Positions 48,010 through 58,286 of a stretch of DNA of 64,000 nt are shown here, in pieces. The DNA lies in contig JAWSUI010000003.1 in assembly GCA_033551855.1 (NCBI GenBank), positions 1-64,000 on the forward strand, read 5' to 3'. The notes under the pieces were generated by a model. The model saw nothing but the letters and a program-made list of their open reading frames with translations, was not told where the DNA came from and made no database searches. The stretch's first letter is position 1, and the number at the start of each line of letters is the position of its first letter. This DNA is from Deferrisomatales bacterium (GTDB taxonomy: Bacteria > Desulfobacterota > Deferrisomatia > Deferrisomatales > JACRMM01). The position numbers and the translations under genes are program-made.

Positions 48010-48310
48010 GGGGCCACCGGGGAGTCCCCGGTCCGTGAGGCGGGCCCCGCCGCGCGGAACCCGCCAACCCTCGGGAAAGGGTGCGAGACGCCAGGAGCAC
48101 AGCCCCTTGCCGGCACGACCGAGCCGCGGGCCCCGAGGAAGAACCGCGAGGAGCGGCGCGGAAGGCCGCCGGAGCGACTGGGTCTCGAGCAGCCGCAGAT
48201 TTCGGGCCGCGGCCCGGGGGCGTCGGGTTTCCCCTGTCGGCTGGGAGGGGCGATGCAGGCCACGGTGACTCCTTGTTGCGGCGCGTTCGCGGCGTCTAGA
48301 ATGCCGTCCC

Positions 48311-49057
48311 ATGAAGATTCGAGCGGACCTGCACGTGCACACCGTGGCCAGCGGCCACGCCTTCTCCACTGTGGAAGAGATCGCCCGGGAGGCAGCCGCG
48401 CGGAAGTTGCGTGCGGTGGGGATCTCCGACCACGGCCCGGCCCTGCCCGGAGGTCCCCACATCAACTACTTCCGCGCCCTGCGCTTCCTGCCCCCCTTCC
48501 TCCGCGGGGTTCGCCTCCTCAAGGGGGTGGAGGCGAATCTCCTGGACCGCAAGGGGCGCCTCGACCTGCCCCCGGAGCTCCTGGAGCAGCTCGACTACGT
48601 GATGGTTGGATTTCACGAGGGATGCGGCCTCAAACCTTCCACCACCGCGGGGAACACGGGGGCCCTGGTGGCCGCGATGCAGCGGCCCGGGGTGCGGGTG
48701 CTGACCCACCCGGGAAACCCCGGGTTTCCGGTGGACATCTCCGCGCTGGCCCAGGCGGCCTGCGAGTTGGGGGTCGCCCTGGAGATCAACAACTCTTCCT
48801 TTGGTCGGTCCCCGACACGCCAGGGGAGCCTGGAGCGCTGTTCCGCCCTCGCGGCGGCGGTGGCACGCGTGGGCGGCCCGATCGCTCTGTCGTCCGATGC
48901 CCACGTGGCCGGCCAGGTCGGAGAGGTGCACGACGCCTGGCGGGTGGCCTCGGCGGCCGGCATCCGCCCCGAACAGGTGGTCAACCGCACCTACAGCGGT
49001 CTCATGCGCTTCCTGGGCCTCGATGCCGAGGACGCGGCGGAGGCCCCGGTCCCCTAG
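48311..49057 (+). CDS. PHP-domain phosphatase (YcdX-like)
   Basis: DLHVHTVASGHA, SDHGP, HPGNP, SSDAH. Confidence 0.92.
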   Translation: MKIRADLHVHTVASGHAFSTVEEIAREAAARKLRAVGISDHGPALPGGPHINYFRALRFLPPFLRGVRLLKGVEANLLDRKGRLDLPPELLEQLDYVMVGFHEGCGLKPSTTAGNTGALVAAMQRPGVRVLTHPGNPGFPVDISALAQAACELGVALEINNSSFGRSPTRQGSLERCSALAAAVARVGGPIALSSDAHVAGQVGEVHDAWRVASAAGIRPEQVVNRTYSGLMRFLGLDAEDAAEAPVP

Positions 49058-49074
49058 CCACGGGAAGGGGGGCA

Positions 49075-49257
49075 TCAGCCACCGGGGGACTCCTCCAGGT
49101 GGGTCACCCGATCCCACGGGATCTCCAGCATGCCGGTGGGAGAGCGCAGCACCAGCGCCTCCTCGCCCATCTCCACCACGATGCCTCGGTACTCCACTCC
49201 AGAGGCCGTTACCCGCACCTGCGTACCCCGCAGCCTGCGCCACTCCGTCACGCGCAC
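49075..49257 (-). CDS. Small hypothetical protein, possible Sm/SH3-like beta fold
   Basis: GGAGG RBS, beta-strand pattern, follows gspK. Confidence 0.65.
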   Translation of the reverse strand: MRVTEWRRLRGTQVRVTASGVEYRGIVVEMGEEALVLRSPTGMLEIPWDRVTHLEESPGG

Positions 49258-49324
49258 CTCCCCTCCCCGGTCGGTTTCCCTTGGGCCCTGCCAACGGGTG
49301 ACCGCGGAGCTTCCGCCCGGGCCG

Positions 49325-50248
49325 TCACTCCTCGATCCAGTCCACGAGCTCCACGGTGCGTTGGGCCCGGTCGCGCTGCAGCACCGCTCGGGCGATCCGC
49401 ACCACCGGGTTCTGCGCCGCGGCCGGCACGTCCGCCGCCAGGAGGACCCGGAACCGGGCGCTCTCCACTTTCAGGTTCTGGCTCACGGCCGCGAAGTTCG
49501 CGACCCCGGAAAACGCGGCGTGGGTGCGGAGATCCCCAACCCGCTCCGCGTGCTGCTCCCCCAGCTCCTCGTAGAGCAGCTCGGCCTCGTCCCGCCGGAT
49601 GGCCTCGTGGAGGCTCAGCAGGACCGGTACCGTCGCGGTGTTGACGTTGATGCCCCTGTCCGACCGGATGTCCACGTGGGGCAGGAGGCCGTGGAGCACC
49701 TCCCACGTGTACCCCTCCACCCGGCCCAAGTCCTCCAGGTGGTCCAAAGGCGCGTTGGGCACGGTGAACTCCGGGTTGATCTCGTAGGGGCCCTCCTGGT
49801 CCTCGTCCATCCAGTCCACAAGGGCGTCCACGAGGTCCGCGGGAGCGGCACCCTCCAGCTCCAGGGCGTCGAGCAGCCGCCGGTAGGCCGCGACCTGGGT
49901 CGGGACGGCCCTGCCGCGAGCATCGACGAGCGACCCCAGGGGAAACCTTCCATCCAGGTCTTCGACCGAGACGGACAGGGTTCCCTCCCCCAAGGGGACG
50001 GGGGGAATCGGCTGACTCCACAGCTCCGCCCGGTGGTCCACCGCGCTCTCTTCGGCATCCGCGAGGAGGAACGCCGAGGCCACCGTGACCCCGGAGCGCA
50101 GCAGCGCGTGGGCCTGCAAGGCATCGCGCAGGTTGACCGAGGACCGGAGCTTCAGCCGCGCCTCCCGCTGGAATTCGACCACCAGCACGGCCAGGAGGCT
50201 GATGAGGAGCACCACGAGAAGGAGCGCCGCCCCGCGCTGCCCCCTCAC
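49325..50248 (-). CDS. gspK: Type II secretion protein K
   Basis: RGAALLLVV, LVDWMD, INVNTA. Confidence 0.9.
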   Translation of the reverse strand: MRGQRGAALLLVVLLISLLAVLVVEFQREARLKLRSSVNLRDALQAHALLRSGVTVASAFLLADAEESAVDHRAELWSQPIPPVPLGEGTLSVSVEDLDGRFPLGSLVDARGRAVPTQVAAYRRLLDALELEGAAPADLVDALVDWMDEDQEGPYEINPEFTVPNAPLDHLEDLGRVEGYTWEVLHGLLPHVDIRSDRGINVNTATVPVLLSLHEAIRRDEAELLYEELGEQHAERVGDLRTHAAFSGVANFAAVSQNLKVESARFRVLLAADVPAAAQNPVVRIARAVLQRDRAQRTVELVDWIEE

Positions 50249-50874
50249 GACGGCCCCCTCCGTGCTCGGTAGACGGGGGTCGAGGTGCGGAGGACCCGCT
50301 CCTCCTCGCCCTCCCCCCACGCGATCTCGACCGACACCGCGAGGGGCAGCAGGGGCTCCGCGTCCCGACGGCCGGTGTCCCAGCCGTCCACCCAGTCCGT
50401 CCCGTCGTAACAGAGGACCTCGAAGCGCGAGACCCCGGGGAGGATCTCGTAGGAGACCCCGCCCTCTTCCGGGTCCCCGTCCAGGTCACGGGACTCTCGC
50501 CGGCGCAGGCGCAGCTGGCCCTCCCGGTCCCGCTCCACGAGGTAGCCCACCTCGGCCTCTCCCCCCGGCAGGGAGCCCGGCAGGGGGCTGAGCCGCGTGA
50601 CGAAGGAGAGGGTGGACAGCCCGTCCGGCCCCCGATCCACATGGAAGCCGGTCGCCTGTGCACGGAAGGGGGTGGTCGTGGTGTGGAACGCCGCAGCGAG
50701 CTCGGTCGCCAAACGGTCGAGCACCATCGCGGCGGCGTGGACCTCACGGGTCTGGGCGTTCGACAGGTTCCGGGAGCGGGCGGCTCCCGAGTACGCGCCC
50801 TGGACGAGGCTGAGCACCAACGCCAGCAGCGCCAGCGCCAGGAGCACCTCCAGAAGGGTGAATCCCCGCCTCAA
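50245..50874 (-). CDS. gspJ: Type II secretion pseudopilin J
   Basis: GFTLLEVLLAL; operon position. Confidence 0.85.
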   Translation of the reverse strand: MRRGFTLLEVLLALALLALVLSLVQGAYSGAARSRNLSNAQTREVHAAAMVLDRLATELAAAFHTTTTPFRAQATGFHVDRGPDGLSTLSFVTRLSPLPGSLPGGEAEVGYLVERDREGQLRLRRRESRDLDGDPEEGGVSYEILPGVSRFEVLCYDGTDWVDGWDTGRRDAEPLLPLAVSVEIAWGEGEEERVLRTSTPVYRARRGPS

Positions 50875-51284
50875 CGCTCCCCCTCCACGGCGTAGTAGAC
50901 GAGCTCCGTCGAGGCCCGGTCCCCCCGCTCGGGCCAGAAAACGATCAGGCGGACCAGGCGGACACCCTCGAACTCGGTGGTCTCCACCCGCCTCTCCCAA
51001 GCGTAGTCGGGAAACGCCTCCCCGAAGTCACCGTCGTCCTGCCCCAGGTCGGGAAAGCCCTCCACCTCCGTCTCGGTGAGGAGCTCCCGGGTCAGGAGGG
51101 TCGCGGTCATGAGCCGCCGCGCCTGGGCTTCCTGGCGGGCCGCCGAGGTGTGGGCCGAGAGGAGGACCGTGAAGGCGGATCCCAGAATGGCCAGGGCGAG
51201 GAGAAGCTCCAGGAAGCTGAAGCCGCCGCGGAGAAGGCGGGCCCTCGCCCTGCGGCAAGACCTAATCCGGATCCACACGGCCAT
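50871..51284 (-). CDS. gspI: Type II secretion pseudopilin I
   Basis: GFSFLELLLAL; operon position; start uncertain. Confidence 0.83.
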   Translation of the reverse strand: MAVWIRIRSCRRARARLLRGGFSFLELLLALAILGSAFTVLLSAHTSAARQEAQARRLMTATLLTRELLTETEVEGFPDLGQDDGDFGEAFPDYAWERRVETTEFEGVRLVRLIVFWPERGDRASTELVYYAVEGER

Positions 51285-51767
51285 CGAAGATCCCGACCTG
51301 CCCCGGCAGGGAGCGGATCACCACGGTGTAGAGGTTGCCGTCCCCGTCTTCGAGGTAGACCCAGCTGGGGGTCGCGTACCCCTGGGGGAGAAAATGGGTC
51401 AAGGCCCTTCCCCGGCTCACGACGCCCTCCACCGTGGTCTCCACTTCCCGAAAACGAAGGCCCTCGGGAAGGCGAACGAGCCCCGCCGGCAGGCCGGGGG
51501 ACGGGAGGTAGTCACGCTCCTCCTCGTCCCACTGCCCCGCCCGATAGGTCTGTTCCTCGAAGTCGTAGATCAGGGCTAGGCTTTTTTTTTGAACGCGGCT
51601 TCTTCGTGGAGAGCCTGGGCTGTGGCGGCGAGACGCCGCAGGGCTTGGTTCTTTTGCCCCTCGCCCAGCCGGGGGAGGCGGGGAAGGAGCACCGAGAGCG
51701 CCACCGCCAGGATGAGGAGGACGACCGCCAACTCCACCAGGGTGAAGCCGCGGCGCGAGGGGGTCAC
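51262..51767 (-). pseudogene. gspH: Type II secretion pseudopilin H, frameshifted at an A9 run
   Basis: GFTLVEL N-terminus stops after FKKKA; the -1 frame continues SLALIYDF...F.PQG. Confidence 0.8.
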
Positions 51768-52210
51768 TCCAGATCCCAGTTGGCGATGTCGGCGAACCTC
51801 CCCTCGCCGCCCGGCTCGCCGTCCGCTCCGTAGGAGAGCAGGTCGAAGTCCCCGTGGTTGCCGGGGGAGAGATAGACGTAAGGGTTGCCCCAGGGGTCCC
51901 TCGGGACCACAGACTTCTCCAGATAGCCGCCCGCCCTCCACCGAGTCGGCACCCGGCCGACCGTGGGCTCGCGCACCAGGGCCTCGAGCCCCTGCTCGGT
52001 GTCCGGGTAGAACCCGTTGTCCACCTCGAATTGGCGCAGCGCGTCCTCCAACACCCGGATCTGGATCCGGGCCGCCGTAATCTTGGCATCCTCGCCTCGA
52101 CCGAACAGCCGCGGCATCACCAAGCCGGCCAAGAGACCGAGGATCGTCAAGACCACCAGGAGCTCAATGAGGGTGAAGCCGGCATCGCGGCGACGTCTGT
52201 TCACGGGCAT
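51764..52210 (-). CDS. gspG: Type II secretion major pseudopilin G
   Basis: GFTLIEL, DPWGNPY, SYGADG. Confidence 0.96.
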   Translation of the reverse strand: MPVNRRRRDAGFTLIELLVVLTILGLLAGLVMPRLFGRGEDAKITAARIQIRVLEDALRQFEVDNGFYPDTEQGLEALVREPTVGRVPTRWRAGGYLEKSVVPRDPWGNPYVYLSPGNHGDFDLLSYGADGEPGGEGRFADIANWDLE

Positions 52211-52238
52211 TCTCGGGATCGGGAGGAGGGGTGGTGGA

Positions 52239-53459
52239 TCAACCCACGAGTTGACTCATCTCGAAAATGGGCAGGAGGATGGCAAGAACGACGAAACCGA
52301 CCGCCAATCCCATGAACAGGATCATAAGGGGTTCCAACAGGGACGTCAAGGTAGCCACCGAGGCTTCCACCTGGCCCTGAAAGGCCTCGGACACTCTGAG
52401 CAGCAGGTCGTCGAGAGCCCCGCTCTCTTCCCCCACACCCACCATCTGGCACATCACCGAGGGGAACTCCCCCGTGGCCCGCAAGGCGTCCCGGAGACTG
52501 CGCCCTTCCCGCACGTCGTCCCGCACCCGCTCCACCGCCCGCTCCAGCACCGAGTTCCCGAGCACCGCCCGGGAGATGTCCAACGCGGTGAGAAGGGGCA
52601 CCCCGCCGCTCAGGAGCGTGCCCAATGTCTTGGAAAAACGGCTCACGCCGACCAGCCGGACGAATCGTCCAAAGGCCGGGGTGCGCAGCACCAGCCCGTC
52701 GATGACGAGTCGCCCCGCCGGGGTGCGGCCGTAGCGGCGCAGTGCGAAGAAGAGGAGAAGGAGCACCGGCAGGGCGACCCACCCGTACTCCTGCAGAAAG
52801 CTGCTCGTGGCCAGGAGCATGCGGGTAGGCGCAGGCAGCGCCCTGCGCATGTCGGCAAAGATATCCGTCACCCGGGGCACCACGCTGGTCAGGAGGAACC
52901 AGAGGATCCCCGCCCCCAACAGCGTCATCAGGGCGGGATAGACCAGGGCTGCCTGCAGCCGCTGCCGAAAGGCTACCGATGCCTCGAGGAAATCCGCCAG
53001 TCGGCTGAGGACGAGGGGCAGGGTTCCGCTTGCTTCCCCGGAGCGGACCATGTTCCGGTAGATCTCAGGAAACGAACGGGAGTGCTCCCCCAGGACGTCG
53101 TGGAAGGCCCGCCCCTCGTTCACCCCCTCGCGGACCTGGGACAGCAGGCGGCTCATGCGGGGGCTGTCGGTCTGCTCCAGCAGTGCCCCGAGGGCCGCCA
53201 CCAGGGGCAAGCCGGCCCCCAGGAGGGTGGCGAGCTGCCGGGTGAGGACGGCGAGCTCCCCCACCCGAACCCCGCGAGAGAGTCTCGGCCTCACGCCCCG
53301 ATCGGTCGTCGCCTCCGCCTTGGCCATCTCGGTCACGCGCGTGGCGAACACCCCCTGCCGCTTGAGCTTCGCCCGCACGGCCCGGGGGCCGTCCCCGTCC
53401 ACGATCCCGCGGGCGGCGCGGCCCCGGGAGTCCAGTCCCTCATACTCGAAGACGGCCAA
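52239..53459 (-). CDS. gspF: Type II secretion protein F
   Basis: RQLATLL, GEASGTL, LLEP. Confidence 0.95.
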   Translation of the reverse strand: MAVFEYEGLDSRGRAARGIVDGDGPRAVRAKLKRQGVFATRVTEMAKAEATTDRGVRPRLSRGVRVGELAVLTRQLATLLGAGLPLVAALGALLEQTDSPRMSRLLSQVREGVNEGRAFHDVLGEHSRSFPEIYRNMVRSGEASGTLPLVLSRLADFLEASVAFRQRLQAALVYPALMTLLGAGILWFLLTSVVPRVTDIFADMRRALPAPTRMLLATSSFLQEYGWVALPVLLLLFFALRRYGRTPAGRLVIDGLVLRTPAFGRFVRLVGVSRFSKTLGTLLSGGVPLLTALDISRAVLGNSVLERAVERVRDDVREGRSLRDALRATGEFPSVMCQMVGVGEESGALDDLLLRVSEAFQGQVEASVATLTSLLEPLMILFMGLAVGFVVLAILLPIFEMSQLVG

Positions 53460-53469
53460 GGCACTCCCC

Positions 53470-55176
53470 CTAGATCGCCTCTTCCTGGGTGACCCGGAGC
53501 ACCTCCTCGGCGCTGGTGATCCCCCGCAGGAGCTTCCGGGTGCCGTCGTCCCGCAGGGTCAGCATCCCCCCTCGCCGCGCTTCCTCCTTGATGGTCGCCG
53601 AGTCCGCCCCCTTCATGATGAGGTTGCGGATCCGCTCGTCCACCGTCAGCAGCTCGTAGATCCCGGAACGGCCTCGGTACCCGGTCTGCATGCAGTGGGG
53701 ACACCCCTTGGCGCGGTACAGGTGCCCTTCGGGGAGATCCGAAGCGTGAAGGCCGAGCTCCGCCAGTCCTTCGGGGGGGGGCAAATAGGGCTCGCGGCAC
53801 GCCGGGCACAACACCCGGACGAGGCGTTGGGCGAGGATCGCCAGCACGGAAGACGACACCAGGAAGGGCTCGACCCCCATGTCCACCAGCCGGGTCACCG
53901 CCCCGGCCGCGTCGTTGGTGTGGAGGGTGGACAACACCAGGTGACCGGTGAGGCTCGCCTGGATGGCGATCTCGGCGGTCTCTCCGTCGCGGATCTCCCC
54001 CACCATGATCACGTCCGGGTCCTGCCGTAGGATCGACCGGAGGCCAGCAGCGAAGGTCAGGGCGATCTTGGGGTTGACGTGGATCTGGCCGATCCCCCGG
54101 AGCTGGTACTCGATGGGGTCCTCGACGGTAATGATATTGATGTCCTCGGAGTTGATCCGCGAGAGGGCGGCATACAGGGTGGTGGTCTTCCCGGAACCCG
54201 TCGGCCCGGTGACCAGGAGAATCCCGTAGGGGCGGGTGATGAGCTTCTTGAACGCCTCGAGACGCTCGCCGCCGAGTCCCAACTCCTCCAGGTCCAGGAG
54301 CACCGCGGACTTGTCCAGCAGGCGCATCACCACCCGCTCGCCGTAGGCCGTCGGGAGCACCGAGACGCGGATGTCGATGTCCTTTCCCGCGATCTTGATG
54401 CGGATCCGGCCGTCCTGGGGCAGGCGCTTCTCGGCGATGTCGAGGCCCGCCATGACCTTGATCCGGCTGGTGATCGCCGCCTGCAGGGTCTTCGGGGGAG
54501 TGAGAACCGGGTAGAGCACACCGTCGATGCGGTAGCGGATCTGGAGCTCCCGCTCGAAGGCCTCCACGTGAATGTCGCTGGCCCGGTCCTTCACCGCCTG
54601 GAACATGATCCCGTTGACCAGCCGGATGATGGGTGCCTCGTCGGAGGCGTCCAGGAGGTCCTTGGGCTCCTCGATCTCGTGGGCCAGGGCAGAAAGCCCC
54701 ACGTCGCTGAGCCCCTCCATCAGGTCCCCGGCCCGGTCGGAGCCCAGCTCGTACACCCGGTTGATGGCCTGGAGAATCCGGTCCGCCGGTGCCAGGCACG
54801 GTGACACCGGCCGTCCCAGGAGCACTCGCAGATCGTGGAGGACTCGCAGGTCCTCCCCGTCGGCGACCGCGACCAGAACCCGGCCGTTCTCCTCCCCCAG
54901 CGGGAGCACCCGGTGGCGCTTGGCGAACTGGATCGGGACGAGGCGAACCACGTCCTCCGGGATCTCGGCCGGCCGGATCTCGGGGGCGACGGGTAAACCG
55001 AAAGCCTCCGCCTGTGCTTGGAGGAGGGCTTCGGAGCCCACCAGCCCCAAGGAGGAAAGGGCCTCCGACAGGCTGCCGCCCCGCTCGGCCTGCCCGGCCT
55101 GCCCGCGGGCAAGCCCCTCCTCGTCCAGCAGGCCCTTCCCCAAGAGGAGCTCGCCCAGGCCCCTTCGCGCCGTCAC
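53470..55176 (-). CDS. gspE: Type II secretion ATPase E
   Basis: GPTGSGKTT, RQDPDVIMVGEIRD, STLHTN. Confidence 0.96.
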   Translation of the reverse strand: MTARRGLGELLLGKGLLDEEGLARGQAGQAERGGSLSEALSSLGLVGSEALLQAQAEAFGLPVAPEIRPAEIPEDVVRLVPIQFAKRHRVLPLGEENGRVLVAVADGEDLRVLHDLRVLLGRPVSPCLAPADRILQAINRVYELGSDRAGDLMEGLSDVGLSALAHEIEEPKDLLDASDEAPIIRLVNGIMFQAVKDRASDIHVEAFERELQIRYRIDGVLYPVLTPPKTLQAAITSRIKVMAGLDIAEKRLPQDGRIRIKIAGKDIDIRVSVLPTAYGERVVMRLLDKSAVLLDLEELGLGGERLEAFKKLITRPYGILLVTGPTGSGKTTTLYAALSRINSEDINIITVEDPIEYQLRGIGQIHVNPKIALTFAAGLRSILRQDPDVIMVGEIRDGETAEIAIQASLTGHLVLSTLHTNDAAGAVTRLVDMGVEPFLVSSSVLAILAQRLVRVLCPACREPYLPPPEGLAELGLHASDLPEGHLYRAKGCPHCMQTGYRGRSGIYELLTVDERIRNLIMKGADSATIKEEARRGGMLTLRDDGTRKLLRGITSAEEVLRVTQEEAI

Positions 55177-57290
55177 GGCTGACCGGCCTCCCCCTTGAGA
55201 CGGTCCAGATAGTGCTCCAGCTTCTGGGCGGGCTGCAGGGGAGGCGCTCCCGTGGGGGTCACCTGCTCTTCGTACAGGAAGCGCTTGTCCTCGGTCACCT
55301 CCTCGAGCTTCGCCATGCTCGTCACGATGCGCGGCGTGAGGAAGATCAGCAGGTTCTTCTTCCGGGTCTCCTGACGGGAGCTCCGGAAGAGGTACCCCAG
55401 GAGCGGAAGATCGCCCAGGCACGGCACGGAGGACGCGGTCATCTGGGTGTCGTCGCTCACCAGCCCGCCGATCACAACGGTGGTCTGGTCCTGGACCACG
55501 ACCGTGGTCCTCGCCGACCGCCGCGTGGTGGACGGGGCGTTGATGCTTCCGCCGGTGGCCGTGCTCAGGATCTGGCTCGTCTCCTGGAAGAGGCGGAGCC
55601 GGACGAAGTTGTCCTCGTTGATCTGGGGGGTGAAGCGCAACGTCAACCCCACATCGCGGTACTCGAAGGTGGAGATGGGGTTCCCCTGGGAGTCGAACTT
55701 CTCGCTGGTCTTGAAGGGGATGTTGTCCGAGACGACGATCTCGGCCTCCTCGTTGTCCGTGGTGATCAGGTGGGGGGAGCTCAGCACGTTGACGTCCGAG
55801 TCGGTCTGGAGCGCTCTGAGCAGGGCCCCGACGTTGAGGAACTCTCTCCCGGCGAAGGTCACGGTGCCCTTGATCACCCCGAGGGCCAGCCCCTGGGGGA
55901 CGGCCAGGGGCCCCCCGACCGCCACGTTGCCGATCGTGCCGAAATTGGTGGAGGCGAAGCCGGTAAGGTCCCCTCCGCGGGGATCGTCGGTGGTGCGCCA
56001 CTCGACACCGAGCTCCAAGGCCTTCTCGAAGCTCATCTCGACGATCAAGGCGTCGACCAGCACCTGGGGCCGGCGGATATCGAGCTTCTCGATGACGTCG
56101 CGCAGGATCTCGTAGTCCTGGGGGCTGGCGATGATCACCAGGGAGTTGGTGGTCTTGTCGGCGGTAATCTGGACGGGCTCCTCGAACTCCACGCTCGCCT
56201 CGGTCGCCCCGGTGGCCCGGGCCGCGGGTTGGGGCTGGCCCGGCCGCGGCCGGGTGCCCGCGGACTTGGAGATGGCGGTGAGGACGGAGGCCACGTTCTC
56301 CGCGTCGGCGTACTTCAGATAGTAGACGTTGATCTTCCCGGAACCCTTCGGGATCTCCACGTCCAACGCCTCGATCATCACCTTGATGTCCGCCATGGTC
56401 TGGGGGTCGGAGATCACGATCAGGGCATTGGTCCGCGAGTCGGGGATGATCTTCACCGCCGTCGCCTCGGCCTGCACCTGCTGGACCTGGGCCTGTCCCC
56501 TGGCCGGGGCCGCCCGGCGCACCTGTCGGGTCCGGTCCGCGACGACCTGGGCCAGGTTCTTCGCCATGATCTCTGCCGAGGCGTAGCGCATGGGGATGAT
56601 CTCGAGGACCGTGTCCACCGTCTCGACGTCCAGGGAACGGATAATCTCCAGGAGCCGCTCGATGTTGGCGTGGGAGTCGATCACGATGAGCGTGTTCGTG
56701 GCCGGATAGGCGATGACCGGGCTGCCCTTGGTCACCAGAGGGGAGATCACCTGCACGATGCCGTTTACATCGACGTACTGGAGCGGGATGATGCGCGTCA
56801 CCACGCGATCCCCCGGAGGTGCCGAGTCCCGGACCGTCTCCACCGTGGTCTGGGATGCCAGCTGGGTCTGGACGATCTTGTAGACCCTACCCGACGGGAC
56901 GATCGTGAAGTTCTTGATGTTGAGCATGGTCTGGAAGATCTCGTAGGCCTCGTCCACGGTCACCTGCAGGGGGCTGATCAGGGTGACCTTGCCCCACTGG
57001 CGCTGGTCGGCGTCGAGAATGAAGCTCTTCCCCGTCACCTCCGAGATGAACTGCACGACCGCGTTGAGCTCCGCGTCCTTGAAGTTCAGAGTGATGCGCC
57101 GGTCCGCCTGCCGGGTGGCCGCGGGCCGGGGCGGGCGCGCGGGAGCCCCCGGGGAGACCGACGGTTCCGGAGGCGCAGTCACCTCCGGCGCAACGGCGGG
57201 GCCGTCCTCGACGGTCTGGGCCGACGGCGGCGTCGGCGCGAGGAGCAGGCAGGTGATGATCAGGCCGATGATCGGGCGCAGGAATCGCAC
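55173..57290 (-). CDS. gspD: Type II secretion secretin D
   Basis: LNFKDA, QVLVDALIVE, VPCLGDLPLLGYLF. Confidence 0.95.
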   Translation of the reverse strand: MRFLRPIIGLIITCLLLAPTPPSAQTVEDGPAVAPEVTAPPEPSVSPGAPARPPRPAATRQADRRITLNFKDAELNAVVQFISEVTGKSFILDADQRQWGKVTLISPLQVTVDEAYEIFQTMLNIKNFTIVPSGRVYKIVQTQLASQTTVETVRDSAPPGDRVVTRIIPLQYVDVNGIVQVISPLVTKGSPVIAYPATNTLIVIDSHANIERLLEIIRSLDVETVDTVLEIIPMRYASAEIMAKNLAQVVADRTRQVRRAAPARGQAQVQQVQAEATAVKIIPDSRTNALIVISDPQTMADIKVMIEALDVEIPKGSGKINVYYLKYADAENVASVLTAISKSAGTRPRPGQPQPAARATGATEASVEFEEPVQITADKTTNSLVIIASPQDYEILRDVIEKLDIRRPQVLVDALIVEMSFEKALELGVEWRTTDDPRGGDLTGFASTNFGTIGNVAVGGPLAVPQGLALGVIKGTVTFAGREFLNVGALLRALQTDSDVNVLSSPHLITTDNEEAEIVVSDNIPFKTSEKFDSQGNPISTFEYRDVGLTLRFTPQINEDNFVRLRLFQETSQILSTATGGSINAPSTTRRSARTTVVVQDQTTVVIGGLVSDDTQMTASSVPCLGDLPLLGYLFRSSRQETRKKNLLIFLTPRIVTSMAKLEEVTEDKRFLYEEQVTPTGAPPLQPAQKLEHYLDRLKGEAGQP

Positions 57291-57353
57291 CGTCGGTCCT
57301 CCTTCTGGGTATCGTGGGATTCCGCCCTGCACCGGGCGTCGACCGGCGGAAAG

Positions 57354-58286
57354 CTATCGGATCTCGTAGTTGAAGGTCCGGTTTTCGTTGCGACGCACGA
57401 GGTCGATCTGGATCGACGTCTCCTCTCTCAGGGCCTGGTAGGCCTGGAAGGCCTGCTCCGGCCCCTCGAGCTCGATCCCGTTCACGCGCTTCAGGACGTC
57501 GCCGTTTTGCAGCCCGATACGGGCAAACAGGCTTCCCGGCCGGATGGCGAAGACCTTGAAGCCGTCCGGTTGGCCGTCGGCGAAGTTGGGCACGACCCGA
57601 ATCTGGGTCATGAGCTGGTTCAGGTTGGCGCCGGCCTCCTCGATCTCTCGGCTGTCGATGAGCCAGTTGCTCTCGTCCACCTGCCTCACGGTCTCCGCTG
57701 CCGGGGCGGGCGGGGGTACCGGCTGCGCCCGGGCCGCGGCCGGCTGCCGGCCCCGGGCCGGTGCGGGCTGGGCGGTCTCCGGAGGGTACAGGAGGACCTC
57801 CTCCATCGCGCCCGCTCGGTCCACGAGAATCCGGTCCGACCGGACTTCGGCCAGGCGCGCGGCGGGGGCCACCTCCTCGTCGACACGGACGAGCTTGATC
57901 TCGTTTCCCGACTGGATCAACGCGAACGATCGGCCGCCCTCCACCACCGCCGTGCCGAACAGGGTGATGTTGAGCGGAGTCCGCGGGGCCGGAGAGGGAA
58001 CCGCCTGACCCGCGGCGGCGCCGGGACCCTGAGCCTCGGAGGGCTCCGGCCTTGCCGGCTTGGGGTTGGCATTGAAGACGTTCCGATCCTGGATCACCAG
58101 GAAATCCCCCAGCCGCTCCCCTGCGGCCACCTCGGCGCGAGGCGCCTCCTGGGATGCCGTCGCGGTCTCGGCCACCCACAGACGCTTGGCGAGGAGGACG
58201 CTGGCGAGGCGCGCCGAGAGGAAGGCCGCTCCGGCCAGGAAGAGCAGAGTAAGGACCCAGAAATACTTCAGAATCTGGTCACGCAT
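57354..58286 (-). CDS. gspC: Type II secretion protein C with PDZ domain
   Basis: N-terminal TM, HR domain, GLQNGDVLKRVNG. Confidence 0.92.
   Translation of the reverse strand: MRDQILKYFWVLTLLFLAGAAFLSARLASVLLAKRLWVAETATASQEAPRAEVAAGERLGDFLVIQDRNVFNANPKPARPEPSEAQGPGAAAGQAVPSPAPRTPLNITLFGTAVVEGGRSFALIQSGNEIKLVRVDEEVAPAARLAEVRSDRILVDRAGAMEEVLLYPPETAQPAPARGRQPAAARAQPVPPPAPAAETVRQVDESNWLIDSREIEEAGANLNQLMTQIRVVPNFADGQPDGFKVFAIRPGSLFARIGLQNGDVLKRVNGIELEGPEQAFQAYQALREETSIQIDLVRRNENRTFNYEIR

Noticed and set aside
45085..49644. 1519-aa plus-strand ORF and many other long Arg/Pro/Gly-rich ORFs
   Set aside because: Shadow frames of real genes in high-GC DNA, with no motifs
7565..55176. Other UGA stops (glk, tkt, trxB, gsp genes) as Sec codons
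   Set aside because: Proteins are complete and the UGA overlaps the next start (ATGA/GTGA coupling)
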